A stretch of 64,000 nucleotides of DNA from an uncultured Defluviitaleaceae bacterium (GCA_964533945.1 CAZHPA010000001.1:59455-123454); one strand, 5' to 3'; counted from the first letter of the stretch, positions 1 to 9,324 are shown. Notes: generated from the letters alone by a model not told the origin. Numbers and translations: made by a program.

Positions 1-1115
1 CGCTTTCAATTATTGTTGAAGGAGAATCTTTACCAACGTTTCCTTTACAGAAAAAACGCCATTCGCCTGAATTTTTAAGAACAATTGCACATTTGCGCCC
101 AAGAACAAATATGTTTTCGGCGGTATTTCGTGTTCGTTCGTTGGCGGCATATGCTATCCATAAGTTTTTCAACGAACACAACTACGTTTATGTTCACACC
201 CCAATAATTACAGGAAGCGATTGTGAAGGTGCCGGCGAAATGTTTCAAGTTACAACGCTTAACTTAAAAGATGTTCCTAAAACAAAAGAAGGCGAAATTA
301 ACTATAAAGAAGATTTCTTCGGCAAAATGGCAAGCTTAACCGTAAGCGGTCAGCTTTGTGCAGAAACGTTTGCTATGGCATTTCGTGATGTATATACTTT
401 TGGCCCAACGTTTAGAGCAGAAAATTCAAACACAGCACGCCATGCCGCTGAATTTTGGATGATTGAACCGGAAATTGCATTTGCAGATATTGCTGACAAT
501 ATGGAAGTTGCAGAAGGCATGCTTAAATTTGTAATTAAATATGTTATGGAAAATGCCAAAGAAGAGCTTGAATTTTTTAACAGCTTTGTAGATAAACAAT
601 TAATGGAACGCTTAAATAACATTGTTGAGTCGGATTTTGCTAAAATAACATATACAGAGGCAATTGAAATTTTGCAAAAATCAGATATTAAGTTTGAATA
701 TCCTGTAAGCTGGGGTTGCGACCTTCAAACGGAACACGAACGTTATATTACAGAACAAGTTTTCAAAAAGCCTGTATTTGTAATCGATTACCCTAAAGAT
801 ATTAAAGCATTTTATATGAGGCTAAACGACGACGGCAAAACTGTTTGTGGAATGGACTTACTTGTTCCTGGTGTTGGGGAAATTATAGGGGGAAGTCAAA
901 GAGAAGAACGCCTTGATGTTTTACTTAAACGAATGGAAGAACTAAATCTTAATCCAGAAGATTACTGGTGGTATTTAGATTTAAGAAGATTTGGAACAGT
1001 TAAACACGCTGGCTTTGGGCTTGGGTTTGAACGCTTGATTATGTATATTACAGGAGTAACAAATATTCGTGACGTTGTGCCTTTTGCAAGAACTGTTGGC
1101 AACGCTGAATTTTAA
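1..1115 (+). CDS. asnS: asparagine--tRNA ligase, C-terminal part (5' end outside window)
   Basis: Frame open from nt 3 to the window edge. [38 protein letters not shown] and GFGLGFERL match class II AsnRS. Confidence 0.9.
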   Translation, partial: LSIIVEGESLPTFPLQKKRHSPEFLRTIAHLRPRTNMFSAVFRVRSLAAYAIHKFFNEHNYVYVHTPIITGSDCEGAGEMFQVTTLNLKDVPKTKEGEINYKEDFFGKMASLTVSGQLCAETFAMAFRDVYTFGPTFRAENSNTARHAAEFWMIEPEIAFADIADNMEVAEGMLKFVIKYVMENAKEELEFFNSFVDKQLMERLNNIVESDFAKITYTEAIEILQKSDIKFEYPVSWGCDLQTEHERYITEQVFKKPVFVIDYPKDIKAFYMRLNDDGKTVCGMDLLVPGVGEIIGGSQREERLDVLLKRMEELNLNPEDYWWYLDLRRFGTVKHAGFGLGFERLIMYITGVTNIRDVVPFARTVGNAEF

Positions 1116-1223
1116 TATAATTTTATATTAACATAACTTTTCGCTTTCTTTCATATAATGCTAGTGCTAATTTATAAAACATATTGTGCGCTACACATAT
1201 ACACATGAGAGGAAGCGGTTTAT

Positions 1224-1841
1224 TTGAAAGCCACTAAAAAGCACAAAAGCCATAGACTTCCACGAACAAAGGCAGTTTTACTTTTAATTTTGTTTAGCTT
1301 AATTATGGGAATAGTTATAGGTGTTGTTTCTTCTAATTGTTTATCAGAACAAAGCTATAAAAAAACGGCAGATAATACATCTTTATATTTAAAAAGCTTT
1401 AAAACAAACAATCAAAATAAGTTGGATATTTTCAGGGAAAGTGTTGTTAAATATGTTAAAGTTGTTATAATAATCTGGTTGCTTGCATTTGTTCCGGCAG
1501 GCGGATTTTTTACGCTTATTATAATTATGGTTCGTGGCGTAAGCTATGGATTTACAACATCGTTTTTAATTAAAATGTTTGGTAGCGAAGGCGTGGTTTG
1601 TGCGGCTTTACTATACTTGCCGCAAACCTTAATTTTAATTCCAACATATTTTTACATAGCGTTTTTAAGCATTAACTTTATTTTATTTAATTTAAACAGC
1701 TTTAAAAAGTCTTCCTCGAAAAAGATGTTAAACGATATAACAATAAAGTATATTGTATCTTTTGTAATTTGCTGTTTGCTTTGCGCTTTTGCCGCATTTA
1801 TTGATGCTTTTGTTGTTCCCGGATTAATTAAAAATATATAG
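1224..1841 (+). CDS. spoIIM: stage II sporulation protein M-like membrane protein
   Basis: TTG start 8 nt after GAGGAAG. Multi-TM 205 aa with a SpoIIM-like core (VRGVSYGFTTSFLIKMFG...LLYLPQTLILIP). Confidence 0.55.
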   Translation: MKATKKHKSHRLPRTKAVLLLILFSLIMGIVIGVVSSNCLSEQSYKKTADNTSLYLKSFKTNNQNKLDIFRESVVKYVKVVIIIWLLAFVPAGGFFTLIIIMVRGVSYGFTTSFLIKMFGSEGVVCAALLYLPQTLILIPTYFYIAFLSINFILFNLNSFKKSSSKKMLNDITIKYIVSFVICCLLCAFAAFIDAFVVPGLIKNI

Positions 1842-1857
1842 GGGCGAAATTCGCCCC
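1841..1857. terminator. bidirectional hairpin between convergent spoIIM and rpmB
   Basis: GGGGCGA-aat-TCGCCCC, a perfect 7-bp GC-rich stem lying between the two stop codons. Confidence 0.6.
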
Positions 1858-2054
1858 TAAGCTCTTGTAACTTTATTAGAACGCAAGCACCTTGTGCATA
1901 TGTTAACAGTTTTAGCCGTTCCATTTTGAACTATTTTAATTCTTTTAATGTTTGGCTTCCACATTCTGTTTGCACGCCTTGAAATTTGGCTACGTGTTAC
2001 GCTAATTCTATGACCTGTGCGAATAGCTTTTTCGCAAATTTCACATTTTGCCAC
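1857..2054 (-). CDS. rpmB: 50S ribosomal protein L28
   Basis: VAKCEICEK...RSQISRRANRMWKPNIKR...CTRCLRSNKV is L28. GTG start at 2054 lies 9 nt after AAAGGGG, so the longer ORF-track start at 2147 is rejected. Confidence 0.9.
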   Translation of the reverse strand: MAKCEICEKAIRTGHRISVTRSQISRRANRMWKPNIKRIKIVQNGTAKTVNICTRCLRSNKVTRA

Positions 2055-2168
2055 TTTTTGCAACCCCTTTTTATTTCTTTTTTTCATTTTTTTCAATACA
2101 TGGTATTCTAACAGAAACATGCTAATAATGCAACAATTTATTTTCAATATTATTCAAGATTATTTAAG

Positions 2169-2197
2169 TTGACAAAACTAAACGTTAAGTGTAAAAT
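2169..2197 (+). promoter_or_regulatory. sigma-A-type promoter for tRNA-Arg
   Basis: TTGACA, 17 nt spacer, TAAAAT, ending about 15 nt upstream of the tRNA 5' end. Confidence 0.6.
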
Positions 2198-2211
2198 TAA
2201 CAAAGAAAAAA

Positions 2212-2284
2212 GCACCCTTAGCTCAGAGGATAGAGCGTTCGGCTCCGGACCGAAAGGCCGCAAGTTCAACTCTTGCAGGGTGCG
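2212..2284 (+). tRNA. tRNA-Arg (anticodon CCG)
   Basis: Hand-folded cloverleaf: acceptor GCACCCT/AGGGTGC, D-stem GCTC/GAGC, anticodon stem TTCGG/CCGAA with loop CTCCGGA, T-stem GCAAG/CTTGC with loop TTCAACT. No encoded CCA; a T9 run follows. Confidence 0.93.
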
Positions 2285-2315
2285 TTATTTTTTTTAACAA
2301 AGATTAAAAAAGAAA

Positions 2316-2514
2316 AACAAACAAAAACCTGGACTCAGGGGGGGAGTGAGGCCAGGTTGAGGGGGGTATTTTTCCTTGCGTATTAGCTGCCACTCATACG
2401 CAGGCACTCTTGTTATTGGGTTCTCCCAAAAACAGCTTGATTCTTGATTGATACTACTGCAGCTTCTAAAGCAGTAATATTACATTAATAATAATTGCCA
2501 CTTTTAAACCGTTT
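2316..2514 (-). ncRNA. candidate ~200-nt C-rich small RNA (5' end uncertain)
   Basis: Minus-strand intrinsic terminator AACCUGGCCUCA-[CUCCCCCCC]-UGAGUCCAGGUU followed by UUUUGUUUGUUUUUCUUUUUU. A second C6 run sits just 5' of it. Internal hairpins CCUGCGUAU/AUACGCAAGG and UACUGC/GCAGUA. Possible promoter TTGCAA-17-TAATAT at 2549-2521. No ORF. Confidence 0.4.
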
Positions 2515-2597
2515 ATACATATATTAGAAAATAATTTTTATTATTGCAAAATAAATTGTTTTGTGTTAGTATATAACACAAAAAAGGAGGGCAATTT

Positions 2598-3161
2598 ATG
2601 CAAATTACTGTTGAAGTTTCAGCAAGGCATCTTCATGTTAGCAAAGAACATTTAGAAGTTCTTTTTGGAAAAGGATATGAATTAACAAATAAAAAGGAAC
2701 TCTCCCAACCGGGGCAATATGTTTGTAATGAAAAAGTTGAAGTTATTGGCCCTAAAGGTTCTTTAAAAATGAGCATTTTAGGCCCTACAAGAAAAGCAAC
2801 TCAAGTTGAAATTTCTGTTACAGATGCACGCAAAATTGGCGTAACAGCATTTGTTAGAGATTCCGGCGATATTAAAGACACGGCAGGCGCAATTTTAAAA
2901 GGCCCAAATGGAGAAGTAACAATTTCTGAAGGTGTTATAGTTGCAAGCAGACATATTCATTTCTCCCCTGAAGAAGCAGGCGACATTAAAGATGGCGACC
3001 ACGTTGACGTTGATGTTGAAGGAGCAGACGGACGCTCTGTAACTTTTAAAAACGTACTTGTTAGAGTGCACAAAGATTTTAAAGGTGCTATGCACGTTGA
3101 TACAGACGAAGGCAACGCTGCTGGCGTTTACAATGGCGGCGTTGGCGTAATTGTTAAATAG
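2598..3161 (+). CDS. pduL: phosphate propanoyltransferase / phosphotransacylase, PduL type
   Basis: AAGGAGG RBS. MQITVEVSARHLHVSKEHLEVLFGKGYELT...ASRHIHFSPEEA shows the duplicated PduL motif. Confidence 0.85.
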   Translation: MQITVEVSARHLHVSKEHLEVLFGKGYELTNKKELSQPGQYVCNEKVEVIGPKGSLKMSILGPTRKATQVEISVTDARKIGVTAFVRDSGDIKDTAGAILKGPNGEVTISEGVIVASRHIHFSPEEAGDIKDGDHVDVDVEGADGRSVTFKNVLVRVHKDFKGAMHVDTDEGNAAGVYNGGVGVIVK

Positions 3162-3247
3162 CTATAAAGCAATGATTGTTAAGTATTATTAAGTTAAGAA
3201 AAGTCGCATATAAGGCGGCTTTTTTCATAAGGAAAGGAGCATTATAT

Positions 3248-3619
3248 TTGGGAAAAACTTTAATTACCAATAGTGAAAAATGCATAAAATGCCATTCATG
3301 TGAAAAAGCTTGTTCTAAAGCTTTTTTTAAAGAAGAAGATATAGAAAAGTCAAGAATTAAAATAACAGATGGCGAAATTAACGTCTGCAACCAATGCGGC
3401 GAATGTATTAAAGTTTGCAGCGAACAGGCGCTGTATAGAAATAATGCAGGCGTTGTTGTGCTTGATTCTAAAAAATGCGTGGGCTGCTTAATTTGTGTTG
3501 GTTTTTGCAGCAATTTGTCTATGAGAGTTTCAGAAGTTAAACCGTTTAAATGCATTGCTTGCGGAATTTGCGTTAAAGCTTGCAATCAAGGTGCATTAAG
3601 CTTGGGAGGTATTAGTTAG
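3248..3619 (+). CDS. 4Fe-4S ferredoxin-type electron-transfer subunit (YdhY/AorA-like)
   Basis: Four Cys clusters (CIKCHSCEKAC, CNQCGECIKVC, CVGCLICVGFC, CIACGICVKAC). TTG start 8 nt after AAGGAG is preferred over the ORF-track start at 3176. Confidence 0.8.
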   Translation: MGKTLITNSEKCIKCHSCEKACSKAFFKEEDIEKSRIKITDGEINVCNQCGECIKVCSEQALYRNNAGVVVLDSKKCVGCLICVGFCSNLSMRVSEVKPFKCIACGICVKACNQGALSLGGIS

Positions 3620-5781
3620 TGAGCTGTGAAAAAATTGAATTAATTAAAAGCCAAAAAGTGTTGGCAGAACTAAATTATGAACCTATTGCAGTTTCAAAAG
3701 GATATACAGACAAAACACTTTATATAAATGTTTCCGATAACAGCATTAAAATTAAAGACGTTCCCGAACACGTTCGCAAAAACTTTATAGGCGGCAAAGG
3801 TTATGGGCTTTACAGCTTGTGGAACGCAATTAAAGACAACACAAATTGGTTCAACCCAGAAAATGAAATTGTTATAGCAAGCGGCCCTATAGCCGGAATT
3901 GTTCAATACCCCGGTTCTGGAAAATCAATTGTTGTTTCGCTTTCGCCGCTTTCAAATAACGTTATGGATTCAAACGTAGGTGGACATTTTGGACCCTATT
4001 TAAAATTTAGCGGCTTCGATGCTATAGAATTACAAGGCAAAACCGAAAACGATGTTGTCATATATATTAATGGAAATACCAACACAATTAAAATTTATGA
4101 AGCAAATTATGAATTTACAGATAGCCATATATATTCGCAAGAACTAACAGAAGCTTTTGCCGAAAATGAGGAAGACAAGCGCAATATTTCTGTTGTTTCA
4201 ACAGGAAGTGCTGCAAAACATACGCATATTGGGTTAATTAATGTTTCTTTCTACGACAAAAGACGAAAAGAGCAGCGTTTAAAGCAAGCAGGGCGTGGCG
4301 GGCTTGGAACGGTTTTTGCAAATAAAGGAATTAGAGCAGTAGTTGTACATTTTAGCGGCACATCAGCAGATACAAATAATTCCGTAGATTTAAAAACAAT
4401 TCAGCAAACAGGCATTAAACTACACAAAGAAATACACGACTTAGACGCAATTCAAGCACAAAAACGTGAAGTTGGTACGGCAAATATAGTTGAAATTATG
4501 AATGACTACGATTTATTGCCATGCTACAACTTTAAGTATGGTTCAAACCCCGAAACTATTAAAATAGATTCAAAAAATATTAAAAAAATTGTAACACAAG
4601 AGGTACCCGATGGCTGTTGGTTTGGCTGTTCATTAGCTTGTGCTAAAGCCGCAGATTGTTTCTTACTTAAAACAGGACCATATAAAGGACAAAAAGTTTT
4701 AATTGACGGCCCCGAATATGAAACAGTTTCGGCAGTTGGTTCAAACCCCGGCGTTTTTAATATGAATCATGTTTTTGAATGCAACTTCTATTGCGACACA
4801 TATGGGGTTGACACTATAAGCTTTGGAACATTAACTGCCTTTTTAATGGAATGTTACGACTTAGGCATTTTAAACAAAGAGCGCACAGGTGGTTTAGAGC
4901 TTTGTTTCGGAAATGGTGATGCAATGCTTGAACTTTTGCACCAAATGAGCAGTGGAACAGGTTTTGGCTTAATTGCAGGGTGTGGCGTTGAATACTGCAA
5001 AAAATATTTTGTTGAAAACTTTGGGGCAGACGAAGCCATCGTTAACGATATTGGCATGGTTGGAAAAGGGCTTGAAGTTTCGCAATATATGTCTAAAGAA
5101 TCTATTGCACAGCAAGCAGGCTATTTTATAACGAATAAAGGACCTCAACACGACGAAGCATGGTTAATTTTTATGGATATGGTTAACAATCAAATTCCAA
5201 CATATGAAGATAAAGCCGAAGCACTGCACTATTTCCCAATGTTTAGAACATGGTTCGGGCTTTTAGGGCTTTGCAAACTTCCTTGGAACGACATTGAGCC
5301 AGCAAACAACCGCCAAACCGCAGAACCGGCAAAAGTTCCAGAACACGTTGACAACTACTTGGCATTATACAAATCGGTTACAGGAATTGAAATTAACAGA
5401 GACGATATGATTAGAATGTCTGAAAAAGTATATAACTTCCAAAGAGTTTTTGTTGCAAGGAGAGGCTATGCAAGCCGTAAGCACGATACACCACCATATA
5501 GAGCAGTTGGACCTGTAACGAGAGAAGAATATATTTCAAGAGCAAGCCGCTATGATAAACAACTTGCAGAATTGGGAGTTGATATAAACGGCAAAACTGT
5601 TGAAGAAAAGCTTAACATTTTGCGCAAGCAACGGGAAAAAACATATCAAGAACTTTTAAGCGTTGTTTACAAGCGCAGAGGTTGGGATGAAAACGGCATA
5701 CCTAAAATCGAGTTTTTAAAGGAAATAGGCATGGATTATCCGGAAGTTTTAGAAGTTGTTGAAAGGATTAATAAGATATGA
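3619..5781 (+). CDS. aldehyde:ferredoxin oxidoreductase family protein (W/Mo-pterin), long 720-aa YdhV-like form
   Basis: AOR N-domain signature (GYTDKTLYINVSD...FIGGKGYGLYSLW) and a large AOR C-domain. GTG start overlaps the ferredoxin stop by 1 nt. Confidence 0.9.
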   Translation: MSCEKIELIKSQKVLAELNYEPIAVSKGYTDKTLYINVSDNSIKIKDVPEHVRKNFIGGKGYGLYSLWNAIKDNTNWFNPENEIVIASGPIAGIVQYPGSGKSIVVSLSPLSNNVMDSNVGGHFGPYLKFSGFDAIELQGKTENDVVIYINGNTNTIKIYEANYEFTDSHIYSQELTEAFAENEEDKRNISVVSTGSAAKHTHIGLINVSFYDKRRKEQRLKQAGRGGLGTVFANKGIRAVVVHFSGTSADTNNSVDLKTIQQTGIKLHKEIHDLDAIQAQKREVGTANIVEIMNDYDLLPCYNFKYGSNPETIKIDSKNIKKIVTQEVPDGCWFGCSLACAKAADCFLLKTGPYKGQKVLIDGPEYETVSAVGSNPGVFNMNHVFECNFYCDTYGVDTISFGTLTAFLMECYDLGILNKERTGGLELCFGNGDAMLELLHQMSSGTGFGLIAGCGVEYCKKYFVENFGADEAIVNDIGMVGKGLEVSQYMSKESIAQQAGYFITNKGPQHDEAWLIFMDMVNNQIPTYEDKAEALHYFPMFRTWFGLLGLCKLPWNDIEPANNRQTAEPAKVPEHVDNYLALYKSVTGIEINRDDMIRMSEKVYNFQRVFVARRGYASRKHDTPPYRAVGPVTREEYISRASRYDKQLAELGVDINGKTVEEKLNILRKQREKTYQELLSVVYKRRGWDENGIPKIEFLKEIGMDYPEVLEVVERINKI

Positions 5782-5975
5782 TAACACTAAACAACCGCCC
5801 TATGGAATACGAACAAGGCATGACTATTAAAAAATTAATTGAATTAATGAACTACACATACCCTACTTTAATTGTTAGAGTTAATGGAGAATTATTTGAA
5901 AATTATAATGAAATAAATATACCTATTAAAGACGGAGATTTTATAGAAATACTTCATCCAATTTGCGGAGGATAA
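5778..5975 (+). CDS. ThiS/MoaD-family ubiquitin-fold sulfur-carrier protein
   Basis: 65 aa ending in ...HPICGG (C-terminal Gly-Gly). Translationally coupled to the AOR gene by an ATGA overlap. Confidence 0.75.
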   Translation: MITLNNRPMEYEQGMTIKKLIELMNYTYPTLIVRVNGELFENYNEINIPIKDGDFIEILHPICGG

Positions 5976-5978
5976 AAT

Positions 5979-6290
5979 ATGAGAATTACGGAACACCCTA
6001 TTTTACAGTTTAATCGTGGTAAAAAAGTTAATTTCATATTTAACGGCACTTTAGTTTCGGGCTATGAAAATGAAACAATTGCAGCAGCGCTTCATGCTTT
6101 GGGCGTACGTGAAATTAGCCATAGCGCCGAAAAACATCGCCCCCGTGGATTATATTGCGCAATAGGCAATTGCTCCTCATGCATGATGATTGTTAACGGT
6201 ACGCCTAACGTTAAAGTTTGCCTCGAACTTGTTAAAGAAGGTATGGTTGTTCAAACACAAAAGGACAAAGGAGGGCTTTTGTGTGATTGA
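5979..6290 (+). CDS. (2Fe-2S)-binding small subunit (HcnA / sarcosine-oxidase-alpha N-terminal-like)
   Basis: 103 aa with GLYCAIGNCSSCMMIVNGTPNVKVC, typical of the 2Fe-2S_4 domain. Confidence 0.7.
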   Translation: MRITEHPILQFNRGKKVNFIFNGTLVSGYENETIAAALHALGVREISHSAEKHRPRGLYCAIGNCSSCMMIVNGTPNVKVCLELVKEGMVVQTQKDKGGLLCD

Positions 6291-7356
6291 AACAGAATTA
6301 CTTATTATAGGCGGTGGGCCAGCAGGGCTTTGTGCTGCAATTCAAGCCGGAAACTTAGGTGTTAATACAATAGTTTTAGATAGAAGCGCAAATTTCGGCG
6401 GACAACTTGTTAAGCAAACCCATATGTTTTTTGGTTCGGAAAAACAATATGCTTCAACAAGGGGTTTTGATATTGCAGAAATTCTTGTTGAACAAATTAA
6501 TAAATTAAAAAGTGTAAAGCTTTTAGATGAAGCAACAGCACTTGGCATTTACGAAGATGGGGTTGTAACTTGCGAAGTTAAAGGAAAATATTTAAAATAT
6601 AAGCCGAAGGCAATTATAGCTGCAACAGGTGCTTATGAAAAAACTTTGCTTTTTAAAAATAACGATTTACCCGGCATTTACGGTGCAGGCGCTGTTCAAA
6701 CGCTAATGAATCAATATGGCATAGTACCCGGAAAACAAGTTGTTATGGTTGGAGCAGGCAACATTGGGCTAATTGTTTCATATCAGCTTTTGCAAGCAGG
6801 CGTTAAAGTTAAAGCAATTGTTGAAGGCGCAAGCGAAATTGGCGGATATCTAGTACACGCAAGCAAACTTAGGCGTATGGGAGTTCCAATTTTAACACGG
6901 CATTCAATTAAAGAAGCACACGGGGAAAATAATTTGGAAGCCGTTACAATTTGGCAACTTGACGATAATTGGCAAGGCATTTGCGGCACAGAAAAACTAA
7001 TTGAAGCTGATGTTTTATGCGTTTCTGTCGGGCTTTCTCCTCTTTGCGAACTGCTTTGGCAAGCTAAATGCGAAATGGTTTATGTTAATTCGCTTGGCGG
7101 TTTTGTTCCTAAACGAAACAAAGATACCCTTTGTACAACCGTACCGAATATTTTTGTTGCCGGTGACGTTTCAGGCGTTGAAGAAGCGTCAAATGCTATG
7201 GTTTCGGGATATTTGGCAGGGCTTTCAGCTTCTGAATACTTAGGATACTTTCCGCAAAATACACAACAGCTAAGAAACGAATATTTAAATCAATTGGAAA
7301 GCTTGCGTAAATTAAGTCATTCGCATACCAATAGCTTAGAACAACTTTTAATATAG
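6283..7356 (+). CDS. FAD/NAD(P)-binding pyridine nucleotide-disulfide oxidoreductase subunit
   Basis: GTG start 7 nt after GGAGGG. LLIIGGGPAGLCAAIQ and VVMVGAGNIGL dinucleotide folds, plus FVAGDVSG. Confidence 0.8.
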   Translation: MIETELLIIGGGPAGLCAAIQAGNLGVNTIVLDRSANFGGQLVKQTHMFFGSEKQYASTRGFDIAEILVEQINKLKSVKLLDEATALGIYEDGVVTCEVKGKYLKYKPKAIIAATGAYEKTLLFKNNDLPGIYGAGAVQTLMNQYGIVPGKQVVMVGAGNIGLIVSYQLLQAGVKVKAIVEGASEIGGYLVHASKLRRMGVPILTRHSIKEAHGENNLEAVTIWQLDDNWQGICGTEKLIEADVLCVSVGLSPLCELLWQAKCEMVYVNSLGGFVPKRNKDTLCTTVPNIFVAGDVSGVEEASNAMVSGYLAGLSASEYLGYFPQNTQQLRNEYLNQLESLRKLSHSHTNSLEQLLI

Positions 7357-7388
7357 AATTTTTATTTATAAGGAAGACGAGAAAATTT

Positions 7389-7886
7389 ATGTTAAAACAA
7401 ACAGGAATACCAACTTTAGATAATATAAACAATGTTTTTCCTACTTTAGAGCGGCTTAATAAAGGTGCGGTTGCCGTTGTTGAATGTTTTGAAAAAATAC
7501 CATGCAACCCTTGCTACACTGCTTGTAAGTTTGGTGCAATTAAGCAATTTGACGACATTAACGACTTGCCTGTAATTAATCACGACAAATGCAATGGCTG
7601 TGGCATTTGCTTGGCAAAATGCCCAGGGCTTGCAATTATGGTTGTTGACTATACATTTTCAGAAACAGAAGCGTTAATTAAAATTCCATACGAATTTTTG
7701 CCACTTCCACAAAAAGGACAAACAGTTAAAGGGCTAGACCGCTCCGGTAATTATATTTGCGATGTTTTAGTTGTTAACGTTTTAAATAACAAGGCACTTG
7801 ATAAAACGCCGATTATTTCGATTGCTGTAAACAAGCAATTTATTAAATCTATTAGAAATATAGAGGTGGTAACGGAAAATGAGTGA
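7389..7886 (+). CDS. 4Fe-4S-binding small subunit
   Basis: CNPCYTACKFG and CNGCGICLAKCP motifs; 165 aa. Confidence 0.7.
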   Translation: MLKQTGIPTLDNINNVFPTLERLNKGAVAVVECFEKIPCNPCYTACKFGAIKQFDDINDLPVINHDKCNGCGICLAKCPGLAIMVVDYTFSETEALIKIPYEFLPLPQKGQTVKGLDRSGNYICDVLVVNVLNNKALDKTPIISIAVNKQFIKSIRNIEVVTENE

Positions 7887-8178
7887 AACTATAGTTTGCC
7901 GCTGTTCCGATTTAAACATTGATGAAATAAGACAATTAATTAAAAATGGGTTCACAACTATCGACGAACTAAAACGAATTGCAAGGCTTGGTATGGGAGC
8001 TTGTCAAGGACGAAACTGTATACCGTTAGTTATGCGCGAACTTTCAATAGCAACAGGTGTTCCCGTTTCCGAAATTTCTGCAGGAACTTACCGTCCGCCA
8101 ACCAAATCCATTACACTTGGCGAAATTGCTAAATCAGCAGAAGTTAAAATGAAAGAAGGCGGCTATTTCCATGATTAA
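7879..8178 (+). CDS. BFD-like (2Fe-2S)-binding small subunit
   Basis: CRCSDLNIDEI...GMGACQGRNC pattern. Overlaps both neighbouring genes, consistent with translational coupling. Confidence 0.7.
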   Translation: MSETIVCRCSDLNIDEIRQLIKNGFTTIDELKRIARLGMGACQGRNCIPLVMRELSIATGVPVSEISAGTYRPPTKSITLGEIAKSAEVKMKEGGYFHD

Positions 8179-9319
8179 AACAGCAGATGCAGTAATTATT
8201 GGGGGCGGCATATCAGGAACAGCAATAGCCTACAACTTATTAAAACGTGGGATGAAAAATGTTGTTGTGCTTGAACGCCAATACATAGCTTCTGGAGCAA
8301 CAGGGCGTTGCGGAGCAGGCATTAGGCAGCAATGGGGTACGCAGATGAATTGTATGTTTGCAAAGCATTCATGCGAATTTTTTGAAAACGCCAACGAACA
8401 GCTTGAATATAAAGGCAATATAGGCTTTAAACAAGGTGGCTATTTGCTTTTAATTTCAACCGAACACGAAAAGCAGCAAATGATTAAAAATGTTGCGTTG
8501 CAAAATTCGTTAGGTATAGATTCAAAGCTTTTAAGCATTGAAGAAGCAAAAGAAATTGTGCCAATTTTAAATACAAATGGGCTTTTAGCGGCAACTTTTC
8601 ATCAAAAAGATGGGCATTTAAACCCATTTCATATAACACAAGCTTTTGCAAACGCTGTTAAGCGCCTTGGCGGATATGTTTATACGTATACAACTGTTGC
8701 AGGAATTGATGTTGAAAGCGGAAAAGTTAAAGGTGTTCATACAGACAAAGGTTATATTTCTACAAATGTTGTAGTTAATGCAGCAGGTGGATATTCGGGA
8801 CAAATAGCGGAAATGGTTGGCGTTAGCTTGCCGCTTTATTCCGAAAGACATCAAATACTTGTTACAGAACCCGTTATGCCTATATTAAACCCAATGGTTA
8901 TGAGCTTTTCCCTTAATTTATATTGCCAACAAGTTCCTCATGGCGGTTTTATAATGGGACAAAGCGGTATAAATGAACCAAAAGATTTAAACATTTCATC
9001 AAGCTGGCAGTTTTTAGATGAAATGACAACAACAATTGTTAAAATTCTTCCGCCTCTTAAAAATATTAGGCTATTAAGACAATGGTCGGGGCTTTACAAT
9101 ATGTCGCCCGACAGACAACCTATTTTTAGCGCATTCGATGAAGCTAAAGGCTTTTATGCTGCTTGTGGTTTTTCGGGGCATGGGTTTATGTTTGGGCCTT
9201 CAACAGGCGTTGCAATGGCAGAATTAATTTTAGGATTAAAGCCAACGCTTCCTTGGAAAGAATTAAGCATTAATAGATTTAAAGAAGGGAAGCTTATTAT
9301 TGAGCCTTCTGTTGTTTAG
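8171..9319 (+). CDS. FAD-dependent oxidoreductase, DAO family (HcnC / sarcosine-oxidase-beta / proline-dehydrogenase-beta-like)
   Basis: ADAVIIGGGISGTAIAYNL GxGxxG motif and a C-terminal GFSGHGFMFGPSTG motif. Confidence 0.85.
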   Translation: MIKTADAVIIGGGISGTAIAYNLLKRGMKNVVVLERQYIASGATGRCGAGIRQQWGTQMNCMFAKHSCEFFENANEQLEYKGNIGFKQGGYLLLISTEHEKQQMIKNVALQNSLGIDSKLLSIEEAKEIVPILNTNGLLAATFHQKDGHLNPFHITQAFANAVKRLGGYVYTYTTVAGIDVESGKVKGVHTDKGYISTNVVVNAAGGYSGQIAEMVGVSLPLYSERHQILVTEPVMPILNPMVMSFSLNLYCQQVPHGGFIMGQSGINEPKDLNISSSWQFLDEMTTTIVKILPPLKNIRLLRQWSGLYNMSPDRQPIFSAFDEAKGFYAACGFSGHGFMFGPSTGVAMAELILGLKPTLPWKELSINRFKEGKLIIEPSVV

Positions 9320-9324
9320 AACTT

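Noticed and set aside
2326-2358. Hairpin as the terminator of tRNA-Arg (plus strand)
   Set aside because: On the plus strand it is followed by GAGGGGGG rather than a T tract. The tRNA is already followed by its own T9 run.
2290-2597. Molybdenum/tungsten-cofactor (Moco) riboswitch or other riboswitch in the long region upstream of pduL-AOR
   Set aside because: I could not find the conserved Moco motif elements on the plus strand. The only strong terminator-like hairpin has its U-tail on the minus strand, and a plus-strand promoter candidate lies only ~30 nt upstream of the pduL RBS. An Rfam scan would settle it.
6190-6282. Longer N-terminal extensions from the ORF track (6190 for the oxidoreductase, 3176 ferredoxin, 51897 glmM, 53543 secreted protein, 28996 ftsZ, 2147 rpmB and others)
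   Set aside because: The extensions overlap upstream genes or lack an RBS. Internal starts have proper SD spacing and match the conserved protein N-termini.
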